DNA of 64,000 bases from Pseudobacteriovorax sp. (GCA_050293845.1 JBNKNM010000007.1:1-64000); one strand, 5' to 3'. Shown: positions 31,629-41,670, counted from the stretch's first letter. Notes: generated by a model not told the origin, from the sequence alone. Made by a program: numbers and translations.

Positions 31629-32348
31629 ATGTGGATTGAAAAACTTACCGGAGTGTACACAGAATCGCTCCCCTCGGGTATTGTTATTGACGTATGTGGT
31701 GTGGGCTACGGAGTGGAGATCCCGTTGTCGGCAATTTGGGAGCTTCCTAACAAAGGAGAGAAGCTATCCCTTTGGATTCATTCCCATGTTCGTGAAGATA
31801 GTATCCGATTATTCGGCTTTCCCGCATATGAGGACAAGGTCGTTTTTGAGACTCTTTTGACCCTAAATGGTGTTGGGCCTAAGGTGGCATTAGCTATACT
31901 ATCAACTCTGAACCTTTCAGCGATTAATAGAGCTATAATTCATAATGATCATGCAATTTTTACATCTGTACCGGGTGTTGGGGCGAGACTTGCTGAAAAG
32001 ATCCTCGTGGAATTGAAACCCAAACTGGAAAAAATGAGAACCAGGGCCCAGAGTTTGGCCCTTGAGGATGCGCCTATTAGATTATCCCATGATGATTTTG
32101 AGGAATTAGGTGAAGAGACAGCTGACCCCTTTAGCGTTATGCTTGATGATGTGAGGTCGGCTTTGGAAAACCTAGGATATAAAGACAAGGCTATTTCACC
32201 TATCACGCAGCGTCTCAAGTCCGAGTTTAATCTGGATACGCCGTTCCAAGAGTTGGTGCGTAAGGCTTTGCTGTATCTAGCAGACAAGGGGGAGAAGGGT
32301 AAGAAGCCCCCTAGGCGTCGTACAACGGTAGAAAAAGAGCTATTTTAA
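31629..32348 (+). CDS. ruvA: Holliday junction branch migration protein RuvA
   Basis: GVGY, HVRED..LFGF and GVGPKVAL motifs. Confidence 0.96.
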   Translation: MWIEKLTGVYTESLPSGIVIDVCGVGYGVEIPLSAIWELPNKGEKLSLWIHSHVREDSIRLFGFPAYEDKVVFETLLTLNGVGPKVALAILSTLNLSAINRAIIHNDHAIFTSVPGVGARLAEKILVELKPKLEKMRTRAQSLALEDAPIRLSHDDFEELGEETADPFSVMLDDVRSALENLGYKDKAISPITQRLKSEFNLDTPFQELVRKALLYLADKGEKGKKPPRRRTTVEKELF

Positions 32349-32398
32349 GAACATGCTGTCAATTATCCCCACCTAAAGGAGGGGGCTTCTGGAGAAAT

Positions 32399-33430
32399 TT
32401 GATGAAGGCTGATATTGATATTCTGGACTTGAGCCACACAACAGAGCGTGTGGTTGATCCTCAACCTTCTTCCCAAGAGCATCAGCTTCCCGCCCTGAGA
32501 CCCCATAGTTTTGATGATTATCCTGGTCAAGAAATCGTTAAGGAAAACCTAAAGATTTATGTGGCGGCGGCTCAAAAGAGGGGACTTCCCCTGGACCATT
32601 GCCTGTTCCATGGCCCGCCAGGATTGGGGAAAACGACTTTAGCGAGGATTATCGCTTCTGAGCTTGATGTGCCTTTTTATCAGGCAAGTGGGCCTTCCAT
32701 TGATAAGCCAGGGGACTTAGCTGGAATTCTTGCAGGTTTTGAGTCAGGGGCCGTGCTGTTTATTGATGAAATACATCGTCTCCCGATAACCGTGGAGGAA
32801 GTGTTGTATTCCGCTATGGAAGATTTCTGTGTCGATATTCTTGTTGGCCAAGGAGCTTCCACAAGAACGGTGCGTATGCCCATTCAACCATTTACCTTGG
32901 TCGGGGCTACAACAAGGGCAGCCAGCCTATCGGCGCCACTATTGAGCCGTTTTGGTATTCAAGAGCACTTAGATTTTTATTCCGATCGATCCCTAGCACA
33001 GATTTTAAAGCGCAGTGCCAATATATGGGGAATTCCTTTGGCTGACGATGGAGCTTCGGAACTGGCGCGGCGGTCACGAGGAACACCGCGTATTGCCAAT
33101 CGCCTGTTGCGTAGAGTGCGTGACTTTGCTGAATTTGAAGGCTTGACTGAGTTTCATAGTGATATTGTCGATAAAACCCTGGATCGTTTGCATATAGATG
33201 CCTGTGGGCTGGATCGGATGGATCGCAAAATCTTGTCCGTTATCCGTGATCGCTATGATGGGGGGCCCGTAGGAATAGAGGCCCTTGCTGCCACGGTAGG
33301 TGAAGAGCGAACCACCATAGAAGATGTGTACGAGCCATATTTGACCTTTAAAGGATTTATTTTGCGAGGACCTCGTGGCCGAGAGATCTCATCATTAGCG
33401 GTACAGCATTTGGATGGTTGCAGAGTTTAA
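32399..33430 (+). CDS. ruvB: Holliday junction DNA helicase RuvB
   Basis: GPPGLGKTT, FIDEIH and RGTPRIANRLL motifs. Confidence 0.98.
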   Translation: MMKADIDILDLSHTTERVVDPQPSSQEHQLPALRPHSFDDYPGQEIVKENLKIYVAAAQKRGLPLDHCLFHGPPGLGKTTLARIIASELDVPFYQASGPSIDKPGDLAGILAGFESGAVLFIDEIHRLPITVEEVLYSAMEDFCVDILVGQGASTRTVRMPIQPFTLVGATTRAASLSAPLLSRFGIQEHLDFYSDRSLAQILKRSANIWGIPLADDGASELARRSRGTPRIANRLLRRVRDFAEFEGLTEFHSDIVDKTLDRLHIDACGLDRMDRKILSVIRDRYDGGPVGIEALAATVGEERTTIEDVYEPYLTFKGFILRGPRGREISSLAVQHLDGCRV

Positions 33431-33441
33431 AGGGAGTGGCA

Positions 33442-34233
33442 ATGAATATTGATGATGTTGTCTATGCTGTGGTCCTGGGGATTATTCAAGGTGTCACCGA
33501 ATTCCTGCCCGTGTCGAGTTCAGCTCACTTGATTATTGCTTCCTGGCTGTTTAAGGGTAAATCGCTCTCTTTGTCCCTGAATATAGCATTACATATGGGA
33601 ACTTTATCCGCTGTATTGGTTTACTTTAAAAAAGATTTTATCAGTATATTAAAGTCTTTAGCAGCTTTATCTAAGAATCACCGCAATCCAGAGATCATGC
33701 TAGCTAAAGGGTTGGTTGTTGGTACCATCCCTGCTGCTGTAGTAGGCCTAGCCTTTAAAGATGAGATCGAAGCCTATTTTCATAACCCTCAAGCTGTGAT
33801 TTATCCGCTCGCCATTGTTGGAGTCTTGCTATGGCTGATTGATCATAAGTCCCATCAGAGCCGCAATATTGTAGATTTAAAAATTTCCGATGCCTTCCTC
33901 GTAGGAGTTGCACAGATGTTTGCCTTGATTCCGGGGACTTCTCGTAGTGGTGCCACTATTGTAGGTGCACGGATTCTTGGCTTTGATCGCGAGAGTGCCG
34001 CACGGTTTTCTTTTTTGCTAGGTACGCCAGCAATGCTTGGTGCGGCGGTTCTTGAGGGTGAAAGTTTAATAGCAAGTTTAAGTGACCCGGTTTTCTATGT
34101 TGGTTTTCTGGTATCTGCTTTGGTAGGAATTCTAACTATCCATTTTCTCTTACAATTTGTGAAGAGGTTTGGCTTTTTAGTATTTGCTTTATATAGAGTA
34201 GTCGTGGCTATCTTCCTATTCTTTCTGGTTTAG
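33442..34233 (+). CDS. uppP: Undecaprenyl-diphosphate phosphatase
   Basis: QGVTEFLPVSSSAH and PGTSRSG motifs. Confidence 0.96.
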   Translation: MNIDDVVYAVVLGIIQGVTEFLPVSSSAHLIIASWLFKGKSLSLSLNIALHMGTLSAVLVYFKKDFISILKSLAALSKNHRNPEIMLAKGLVVGTIPAAVVGLAFKDEIEAYFHNPQAVIYPLAIVGVLLWLIDHKSHQSRNIVDLKISDAFLVGVAQMFALIPGTSRSGATIVGARILGFDRESAARFSFLLGTPAMLGAAVLEGESLIASLSDPVFYVGFLVSALVGILTIHFLLQFVKRFGFLVFALYRVVVAIFLFFLV

Positions 34234-34274
34234 GCAGAGTGTCATAAGCACTGAGATGGGAATTGGGGGGATTT

Positions 34275-34526
34275 ATGCCAGAAAAGATCCGTCGTTCATG
34301 GCTAGCAAAGTTGATTGCAGCTGGTTTTATTTATATCGTAATACTTGGTAATATTTGGTTTTCTCGTGGTATTAGTGGGGATAGTACGCCGCACTGGATG
34401 ATGGTCGCCTTTGTGATTGGCATGATTTGGGTCTTAGGTCTAGGAGTTGCGATGGGTGTGCAGTGGATTTATTTGTGGCATACCGATCAGCTTCATTCCG
34501 GGGACCAGTATGGTCTCGAATCTTAA
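34275..34526 (+). CDS. Small two-TM hypothetical membrane protein
   Basis: Two hydrophobic segments; ATG after GGGGGA; stop overlaps the helicase start. Confidence 0.55.
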   Translation: MPEKIRRSWLAKLIAAGFIYIVILGNIWFSRGISGDSTPHWMMVAFVIGMIWVLGLGVAMGVQWIYLWHTDQLHSGDQYGLES

Positions 34527-35910
34527 GCCAGAACTGGAATATGATGCTGGTACCTTAATTTTTCACGGCTATAGCCAAGGTACAATAGGTGCCTTAGACG
34601 AGCTGGTTTTTGATACGAGGACCCTGGAGTGGCGTGCACCAGCATTTCAATATCGCAATATCGTCTATCATTGCTATATCCATAAGATTAAAATTGCGGA
34701 TCAGGCTCGTCAGTATGAAAAAATAAACTTTGAGCTGGTAAAAACCATTGTCCCGCGGGTTCACCAAAAAGCCGCTCTTGCAGAGTGGATCAAGGCAGGA
34801 CGTCAGGGTGTGGTTTGCTTACCCACTGGCGCTGGTAAAACGATTCTGGCATTAATGGCGATTGCTGATGTGAAGCGCCCCACCTTAGTGGTGGTCCCCA
34901 CCATCGACCTACTCCAACAATGGCACCAACTGATGGAAGAATTCTTTGGTATTTCCATAGGGATGCTAGGGGGTGGTCATAAAGATATTCAAGCTATCAC
35001 AGTAGCGACCTACGACTCGGCTTATTTGATGTGTGAGCCATTAGGTAATCGATTTGGATTCCTGGTATTTGACGAATGCCATCACCTGCCCTCTCCCCAG
35101 TATCAAATGATTGCCCGGTGTTCCATTTCACCCTTTCGCTTAGGTCTCTCAGCTACAGTAGAAAGAACCGACGGCAAGGAGGAGCTGATTTATCAGCTGG
35201 TCGGCGATTTGGTTTACGAAGGCACTATTGGGGAAATGGTCTCGAAGGTGCTGGCACCATACGATGTGGTCAGCATCCAGGTAGAGCTGAGTGCGGACGA
35301 AAAAAGTGATTATCAAAGGTACCGCAAGATCTATACGAATTACATCCGCAAAATGCGAATCGACTTTTCATACCCCGGAGCCTGGCAAGAGTTTATCCGC
35401 CTAAGCGCTCGCACCCCTGAAGGCAAAGCAGCCATGGAAGCTTACCGGCAGCAGAAAAATCTAGCCCAAGCTTCGGAGGGCAAAGTTGCGGAGATATGGA
35501 ATATATTGGCCCATCACCAGGGCGATCTTATCATTATTTTTACCAATGATAATGCTATGGCCTATCGCATTGGCCAAGAGTTTTTTTTACCGGTTATCAC
35601 CCATCAAACGCGACCTAAGGAACGTAAGCGTATGCTGGCAGCTTTTCGTCAAGGTGAGGTCGATGTGCTGGTCACATCAAAAGTTCTGAATGAAGGAGTA
35701 GATGTACCGGAAGCCAGCGTCGGGGTAGTGGTTTCGGGCAGTGGGGCTGTACGCGAGCATGTACAAAGGTTAGGGAGAATTCTACGGCATAAAGAGGGAA
35801 AACGAGCCGTTATGTATGAGTTAGTTTCGAAAGATACTAGTGAAACTTATGTTAATAAACGCAGGCGTATGCATCATGCTTACCAAAAACCTACTCAAAA
35901 ATACCATTAG
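34510..35910 (+). CDS. XPB/Rad25-like superfamily II helicase
   Basis: LPTGAGKT, DECH, SAT and QRLGRILR motifs; N-terminal YDAGTL and WRAPA; probable start ATG 34510. Confidence 0.88.
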   Translation: MVSNLKPELEYDAGTLIFHGYSQGTIGALDELVFDTRTLEWRAPAFQYRNIVYHCYIHKIKIADQARQYEKINFELVKTIVPRVHQKAALAEWIKAGRQGVVCLPTGAGKTILALMAIADVKRPTLVVVPTIDLLQQWHQLMEEFFGISIGMLGGGHKDIQAITVATYDSAYLMCEPLGNRFGFLVFDECHHLPSPQYQMIARCSISPFRLGLSATVERTDGKEELIYQLVGDLVYEGTIGEMVSKVLAPYDVVSIQVELSADEKSDYQRYRKIYTNYIRKMRIDFSYPGAWQEFIRLSARTPEGKAAMEAYRQQKNLAQASEGKVAEIWNILAHHQGDLIIIFTNDNAMAYRIGQEFFLPVITHQTRPKERKRMLAAFRQGEVDVLVTSKVLNEGVDVPEASVGVVVSGSGAVREHVQRLGRILRHKEGKRAVMYELVSKDTSETYVNKRRRMHHAYQKPTQKYH

Positions 35911-37072
35911 GCAGGGGAAAGTGTTTCCCAAATATATCAATCCAGGCCAAGACGAAGCACAATCTTTGGCCCAGCAGATGCTGTCGGTGTTCGCATCAAG
36001 CGTAGGTGAAAGCGTCAAAGAGTTAGAAACAACGCTAAAAAATTTCAATAGCAATCCTATAAGCGAGGGCTTTAAGAAGTTGCTTATGGATAGTTGTGAA
36101 TTTTCTGACGAGGGATTTGCGACCGTGGAAGAGAAGCGTTGGCAGCTCTTGCAGAGGTCTAAACAGATTAGAGCAACCTATCAGTTCGCAAGGAAGGAAC
36201 AATTTTTTGAGCTGCTTGCAGAGGGGCAAGATATAAAAAAACTACAGGAGTGTATTTATAGCGATTTACCTCACAACCGTCGTCTAACTACATTTAAAAG
36301 TATGGACCCCGAGCAATTGATTCACCGCTATAATGCAGCTCAAATTCAAGGACTCTTGTTGTTTGCGAAAAAAGTGACGTGTAAGGTTTACCAGCTCAGC
36401 CTAGTTGAAAAAAGACGATTGATGCAAAAGATTAAGTTTCATGGCCTTTTGGTAGATACCAATGCTTTCATAGGGGACACGGAACCTCTGACCTTCGAGC
36501 TTAGTGGTCCCTTAAGTATCTATGAGGGGGCTAGTACTTATGGGGGGCGACTCGCCAATTTTTTTCCCCATTTGTTGCATTTTAACAAATGGGATATGGT
36601 AGCGGCGATTAAGCTGAATCAAAAAATATTAAATCTTGAGCTTAATCATAAGAAAAAAATTCGCTCCCATTATAAAGCCTTAACCGGCTATATTCCCGAA
36701 GAGTTTTCCAGTTTTATGGAGAACTTTAATAGCAAGATGGATGGTAAAAACGGATCGTGGAAGGTTTCATTATGCAATGATTTTATTCACTTGGGTGGCA
36801 ATGATTACAGCTTTCCTGACTTTGTATTTGAAGGCTCTCAAGGGCGTAAGCGCTATTTAGAACTATTTCATCGTTGGCATAGTAGTGCTATTAAAAGGCG
36901 CTTGCGAAGTGTTGCAAACCAAAGTAGCACCCTTATATTGGGGGTGTGTAGGAGCATATTAAAAGACATTAAAACGAAGGAGATGATGCAGCAAGCCAGT
37001 GAAAATAAGATAAAAATAGTCACTTATACTGGATTTCCTACGGTGAAGGCATTATTGACCTACTTAGACTGA
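35876..37072 (+). CDS. DUF790 family (Bax1-like) endonuclease
   Basis: Start MLTKNLL; LIHRYNAAQIQGLL, LSGPLSIY...YGGRLANF and FPDF...YLELF motifs; overlaps the helicase gene. Confidence 0.8.
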   Translation: MLTKNLLKNTIRQGKVFPKYINPGQDEAQSLAQQMLSVFASSVGESVKELETTLKNFNSNPISEGFKKLLMDSCEFSDEGFATVEEKRWQLLQRSKQIRATYQFARKEQFFELLAEGQDIKKLQECIYSDLPHNRRLTTFKSMDPEQLIHRYNAAQIQGLLLFAKKVTCKVYQLSLVEKRRLMQKIKFHGLLVDTNAFIGDTEPLTFELSGPLSIYEGASTYGGRLANFFPHLLHFNKWDMVAAIKLNQKILNLELNHKKKIRSHYKALTGYIPEEFSSFMENFNSKMDGKNGSWKVSLCNDFIHLGGNDYSFPDFVFEGSQGRKRYLELFHRWHSSAIKRRLRSVANQSSTLILGVCRSILKDIKTKEMMQQASENKIKIVTYTGFPTVKALLTYLD

Positions 37073-37144
37073 TGTTATCGCCAATAAAGCACTGTTATAC
37101 TGAAATTAAGTGGAAAGCCTTTTAGAGGTAGGTTTCAAAAAGGA

Positions 37145-38365
37145 GTGGATTTTTTGGGCACTTCTACAGATTTAAAGAAAATCAAGGAAAAAGAAGCTGA
37201 GTTGATTAAGCTTAAGAACAAAGTAAAGGCTCAGAAAGAAATGGATGGAGAAGAACAAGATTTAATCGAGGAAAAGAATAGTCCAGCAAAGCCTGCTGAT
37301 AGTTCCGCTAGTAAGGTTGACGGTCTCATAAAAACGTTGGAAAAGGCTCGCGGTAAGCGGCTTTTGATTTGTATAAAGGGATATCCTGATCCCGATAATA
37401 TCGCTACATCCCTGGCCCTCAGTTATATGTCGTCAGCTTTTGATATAGAGTCGACCATTGTTCATTTTGAGCAAATTTCGCATCATGAAAACCGGGCTCT
37501 GGTAAAAAAGCTGGATCTTGATATCGAGGAATACTCAGATCAGTTCGACTATACCAGTTACGATTATTACGCAATTAATGACTCTCAAAATGTGGAGCTA
37601 CCCATAAAGCTGCCGGAAACCTGCGAGCTTTTAGTATTCGTTGACCACCATAAAAAATTGGGAACCGTTAAGGGACATTTCATTGATATCCGTGAAACTG
37701 CTGGTTCCACATCAGCCATATATGGGGAGTATTTACGCGAGCCCCAGTTTGGTTTTTCGGGAGATTCCAGTGAGGGTTCGAGGATCGCAACTGCTCTGAT
37801 GCATGGAGTACGTTCAGATACTGATAACTTTGTTAATGCCACACCCATCGATTACAAAGCGAGTGAGTTTTTATCCCGGTATGTTGATAAAGATTTACTA
37901 TCCTTAATATCACGCCAATCGATACCAGCGAAAACTATGGATCTGACTCAAATAGCCTTACAAAGGAAAGATATTCGTGGAACATTTATGTTTTCAGGAG
38001 TGGGTTATGTGCGAGAAGAGGATCGCGATGGCATCGGGCAATGTGCTGATTACCTTTTAAATCGTGAAGGCATTGACACCGTTGTTGTCTATGGTGTGGT
38101 AGGTGGTGAATTTGTAGACGGTAGCCTGCGAACCAAGTCCCATGTGCTGGATCCAGATAAGTGGATTAAGGATGTCTTCGGTCAAGACCAGCATGGGGTT
38201 TACTATGGTGGTGGTCGTAAGGATAAAGGGGGATTTCAGATTCCTTTAGGCGTTTTTGGTAAGTGTTCAGACCGAGAGCTGCTCTGGATACTCATTAAAA
38301 AGACGATCGATGAGTTGTTTTATAATAAAATCGGTGTGGAAGGCTCCGAGTCCACCAGTGATTAA
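37145..38365 (+). CDS. DHH family phosphoesterase (NrnA-like)
   Basis: PDPD, VDHH, SDT, GSLR and GGGR motifs. Confidence 0.85.
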   Translation: MDFLGTSTDLKKIKEKEAELIKLKNKVKAQKEMDGEEQDLIEEKNSPAKPADSSASKVDGLIKTLEKARGKRLLICIKGYPDPDNIATSLALSYMSSAFDIESTIVHFEQISHHENRALVKKLDLDIEEYSDQFDYTSYDYYAINDSQNVELPIKLPETCELLVFVDHHKKLGTVKGHFIDIRETAGSTSAIYGEYLREPQFGFSGDSSEGSRIATALMHGVRSDTDNFVNATPIDYKASEFLSRYVDKDLLSLISRQSIPAKTMDLTQIALQRKDIRGTFMFSGVGYVREEDRDGIGQCADYLLNREGIDTVVVYGVVGGEFVDGSLRTKSHVLDPDKWIKDVFGQDQHGVYYGGGRKDKGGFQIPLGVFGKCSDRELLWILIKKTIDELFYNKIGVEGSESTSD

Positions 38366-38811
38366 ATTCTCTTGCGGCTGTCAAGTAGCAAGGTTACGGG
38401 ACCTTCGTTGACGGAGCTCACCTGCATAGTGGCGCGATATTTTCCTGTTTTGACAGGCAGGCCAGTCGCCGCAAAGGCTGCTACAACTTGCTGGAAAACT
38501 GTGGCGGCACCTTCTACAGGATAGGCTTGGGAAAAGCTGGGCCGACGACCCTTGCGGCAGTCTCCTAGCAATGTGAACTGACTAACGAGTAGGAATTCAC
38601 CCCCAACTTCTGTGATGGGGTGATTAAATTTTCCTGCAGAATCGTCGAAAATTCGCAGACCCACACATTTTTCAACGATGTATTTGATGTCTTTATCATT
38701 ATCTTGATCTTCTATTCCCAGTAGTATCAGTAAGCCTTTGGAAATTTCACTAATAATTTCCCCATTTACTAAAACATTAGCGCTACTCACTCTTTGCACA
38801 ACGGCTCGCAT
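38362..38811 (-). CDS. dtd: D-aminoacyl-tRNA deacylase
   Basis: MRAVVQRV, SQFTL and NEGPVT motifs. Confidence 0.97.
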   Translation of the reverse strand: MRAVVQRVSSANVLVNGEIISEISKGLLILLGIEDQDNDKDIKYIVEKCVGLRIFDDSAGKFNHPITEVGGEFLLVSQFTLLGDCRKGRRPSFSQAYPVEGAATVFQQVVAAFAATGLPVKTGKYRATMQVSSVNEGPVTLLLDSRKRI

Positions 38812-38910
38812 CAGTTTGACCTTTCGTTATTTAAAGGACATGGAAATATATATAGGAAGCGACTTTAATTTTCGATAGGTTAAGGAGCGAAGCTTTTTGA
38901 AAGGGTTACT

Positions 38911-40539
38911 ATGATTAAAAGACGCATTCTAACTGTAGTTATGGATGGGGTCGGGATTAGGGACAGCGACTTCGGAAATGCCGTAAAGCTGGCGAGGACA
39001 CCATTTCTGGATAGGCTCCGAACCAAATCCTTGTATCGCACCCTAAAGGCCCATGGGACCCATGTCGGCCTTCCCAGTGATAGTGATATTGGCAATAGTG
39101 AGGTTGGCCACAATGCCTTGGGTTCTGGAAGAGTATTTGATCAAGGGGCTAAGCTGGTAGCAAAGGCTATCGCGACAGGCAGTATTTTTGAGGGCCAGAC
39201 TTGGAAGGCTTTGATCGCCACCCTCAAAAAAACGAATGGCACTTTACATCTTATGGGACTGCTTTCTGATGGTAATGTCCATGCCCATATCGATCATGCC
39301 CTAGCCCTAGCCCAGCGTGCCAAGGGGGAAGGTATCAAAACCGTCAGGTTGCATGTATTGCTTGATGGTCGGGACGTTGGTGAAAAAACAGCGGAAACTT
39401 ATGTATCACAGCTTGTCAACTTTATGAATGAGATTAGAGATAAAGACTTTGACATTCAGGTAGGGTCAGGGGGAGGGCGCATGACCGTGACCATGGATCG
39501 CTATAATGCAGATTGGTCCATGGTGGAACGTGGCTGGCAGGCTCATGTCTTGGGGGAAGCTGAATACCGCTTTCCAAGCCTAGAGGCTGCTATAGAGCAT
39601 TTTCGGCAAAAAACTGATCTTACAGATCAAAACCTACCAGCCTTTGTCATTGAGGATAGTCAAGGACCTGTTGGTACTATCCATGATGGTGATGGCGTTA
39701 TCTTCTGGAATTTTCGAGGTGATCGGGCGATTGAAATATCCAGGTCGTTTACTGCAGCAGAGCTAAAGGAGTTTGATAGGAAGCGCTGCCCGCAAGTATT
39801 TTATACCGGTATGATGGAATATGACGGTGATCTTCATATTCCCGGCCATTATCTGGTTGATCCTCCTTTAATAGATAATACTTTGGGAGAGCTATTGGTA
39901 GGCCAAGGGGTAAGACAGTTTGCGTGTAGCGAAACCCAAAAATTTGGTCATGTCACTTACTTCTGGAATGGCAATAAGTCAGGATATATCGACGAATCCC
40001 TAGAAGAATATGTGGAAATTCCTTCGGATGTGATTTCTTTTGACCGTCGTCCTTGGATGAAGGCCCAAGAAATTACCGCAGCCACTGTGCAGCGGTTGGC
40101 TGACAATAGCTTTGACGTCGGTAGGATTAATTATGCTAATGGCGATATGGTGGGGCACACCGGAAATCTTGAGGCCAGTATCATCGCCATGTCCGTTGTG
40201 GATTATCAAATCGGCCAGTTGATGAAGGCGTGTGCCCAAACCGACACTATTTTGATAGTTACAGCCGATCATGGCAATTGTGATGAAATGTTTGACACCA
40301 AGGAACAAGGAAAAGATGACTGGTTTGATGCTTTGCCAGTGGAAAAATGGCCAAAGCCTAAAACAGCTCACACCTTAAATGAAGTCCCCTTTTATTTTTA
40401 CGATCCTAGAGGGTTGAGTGGGTATCAACTAAATCAGACAGTGGAAGGCTCCATAGCGAATATTGCGGCAACAACACTCGTTGCTACCGGGCTGCCAGCA
40501 AGCGATCTATTTTTACCAAGTTTGATAGTGAAGAGTTAA
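38911..40539 (+). CDS. gpmI: 2,3-bisphosphoglycerate-independent phosphoglycerate mutase
   Basis: GNSEVGH, DGRD, DMVGH and TADHGN motifs. Confidence 0.97.
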   Translation: MIKRRILTVVMDGVGIRDSDFGNAVKLARTPFLDRLRTKSLYRTLKAHGTHVGLPSDSDIGNSEVGHNALGSGRVFDQGAKLVAKAIATGSIFEGQTWKALIATLKKTNGTLHLMGLLSDGNVHAHIDHALALAQRAKGEGIKTVRLHVLLDGRDVGEKTAETYVSQLVNFMNEIRDKDFDIQVGSGGGRMTVTMDRYNADWSMVERGWQAHVLGEAEYRFPSLEAAIEHFRQKTDLTDQNLPAFVIEDSQGPVGTIHDGDGVIFWNFRGDRAIEISRSFTAAELKEFDRKRCPQVFYTGMMEYDGDLHIPGHYLVDPPLIDNTLGELLVGQGVRQFACSETQKFGHVTYFWNGNKSGYIDESLEEYVEIPSDVISFDRRPWMKAQEITAATVQRLADNSFDVGRINYANGDMVGHTGNLEASIIAMSVVDYQIGQLMKACAQTDTILIVTADHGNCDEMFDTKEQGKDDWFDALPVEKWPKPKTAHTLNEVPFYFYDPRGLSGYQLNQTVEGSIANIAATTLVATGLPASDLFLPSLIVKS

Positions 40540-40540
40540 T

Positions 40541-41362
40541 ATGGATGCTGATTTTCAGGTTAAGGTCTCCCAGAGCTTTGTCCGCTTTGTGGGAATTGTT
40601 GCCCATTTAAGGGACCCTCACTCGGGATGCCCGTGGGACTTAAAGCAGGACCATCGCAGTCTCCGTCGCTTTATGCTTGAAGAAGCCTATGAGGCGGCAG
40701 ATGCTATGGGAAAAGACGATTATGGCCATATTATCGAGGAGCTTGGGGATGTTCTGCTACAGGTTGTTCTCAACTCTCAATTGCTTTTGGATGCGCGCCA
40801 GGGCTCTATCATAGATGTGATCAACAGTATTTCGGAAAAAATGATACGACGCCACCCTCACGTCTTTGATCCGGATTTTGGTAGAAAGTCGGTAGATGAA
40901 GTCAAGCGCAACTGGCAGCAGATTAAAGCAGCCGAAAAGCCGCTGAAAAGCGCTGGTGCTTTTGCCCAGCTAGAAACTTCTCCCCTTCCTGCATTGATGC
41001 ATGGGGTAAAGATTGGGAAGGTGGCAGGATCAGTAAATTTTGACTGGTCCCATCCCCAGCAGGTACTAGAAAAAGTAAAAGAGGAGCTCCATGAATTAGA
41101 ACAAGAGATGGTAGGAGAAGGGCATGAGGCGCTACTTACTGAAGAGCTGGGAGATCTATTGTTTTCCATAGCCCAATTAGCGCGTCACTTGGGTATTGAT
41201 CCCGAAGTAGCTGCAGCCCAAGGCAATCAAAAATTTTTGCAAAGATTTGCCGCTTTAGAGGATTTGGCACGAACTGCGGGCAAACCCCTAGAAGAGCTGT
41301 CACAGGAAGATATGGAAGCTTTATGGGTAGAGGTGAAGAAGCACAAAAAGGGCTTCTTATGA
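40541..41362 (+). CDS. mazG: Nucleoside triphosphate pyrophosphohydrolase MazG
   Basis: GCPWD, EEAYE, two EELGD motifs and RRHPHVF. Confidence 0.96.
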   Translation: MDADFQVKVSQSFVRFVGIVAHLRDPHSGCPWDLKQDHRSLRRFMLEEAYEAADAMGKDDYGHIIEELGDVLLQVVLNSQLLLDARQGSIIDVINSISEKMIRRHPHVFDPDFGRKSVDEVKRNWQQIKAAEKPLKSAGAFAQLETSPLPALMHGVKIGKVAGSVNFDWSHPQQVLEKVKEELHELEQEMVGEGHEALLTEELGDLLFSIAQLARHLGIDPEVAAAQGNQKFLQRFAALEDLARTAGKPLEELSQEDMEALWVEVKKHKKGFL

Positions 41363-41372
41363 AAGCCCTTTT
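41345..41372. terminator. Bidirectional terminator between convergent mazG and rpsT
   Basis: AAAAAGGGCTT-CTTATGA-AAGCCCTTTT. Confidence 0.75.
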
Positions 41373-41376
41373 GCTA

Positions 41377-41652
41377 CTAAGCGCTGGGGCTGGCCTTTTT
41401 CATGGCAGCCGCTAAGCGTGCGACACGACGTGACGCATTATTCTTATGGAGTATTCCCTTAGTCGCAGCTTTGCTAAGCATAGCCTGGGCACTTTGGAAT
41501 AGTTTCTCAATACTATCTTTGCTCTCGCCTGCAGTGGCAGCTTGATGGAAAGATTTAACCGCTGTGCGTACAGAAGATAGGTATGCGCGGTTGCGATCAC
41601 GCTTACGCGTATTTGATCGAGTTCTCTTCTTTGCTGATTTGTGATGTGCCAT
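41377..41652 (-). CDS. rpsT: 30S ribosomal protein S20
   Basis: KSAKKR and KGILHKNNASRR motifs. Confidence 0.97.
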   Translation of the reverse strand: MAHHKSAKKRTRSNTRKRDRNRAYLSSVRTAVKSFHQAATAGESKDSIEKLFQSAQAMLSKAATKGILHKNNASRRVARLAAAMKKASPSA

Positions 41653-41670
41653 TATGTCCTCAAAATTCTA

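Noticed and set aside
34447..34509. Extended N-termini from the ORF track (helicase 34447, DUF790 35840, rpsR 42429, lipoprotein 60980)
   Set aside because: Downstream ATGs fit the family N-termini, RBS positions or lipobox better.
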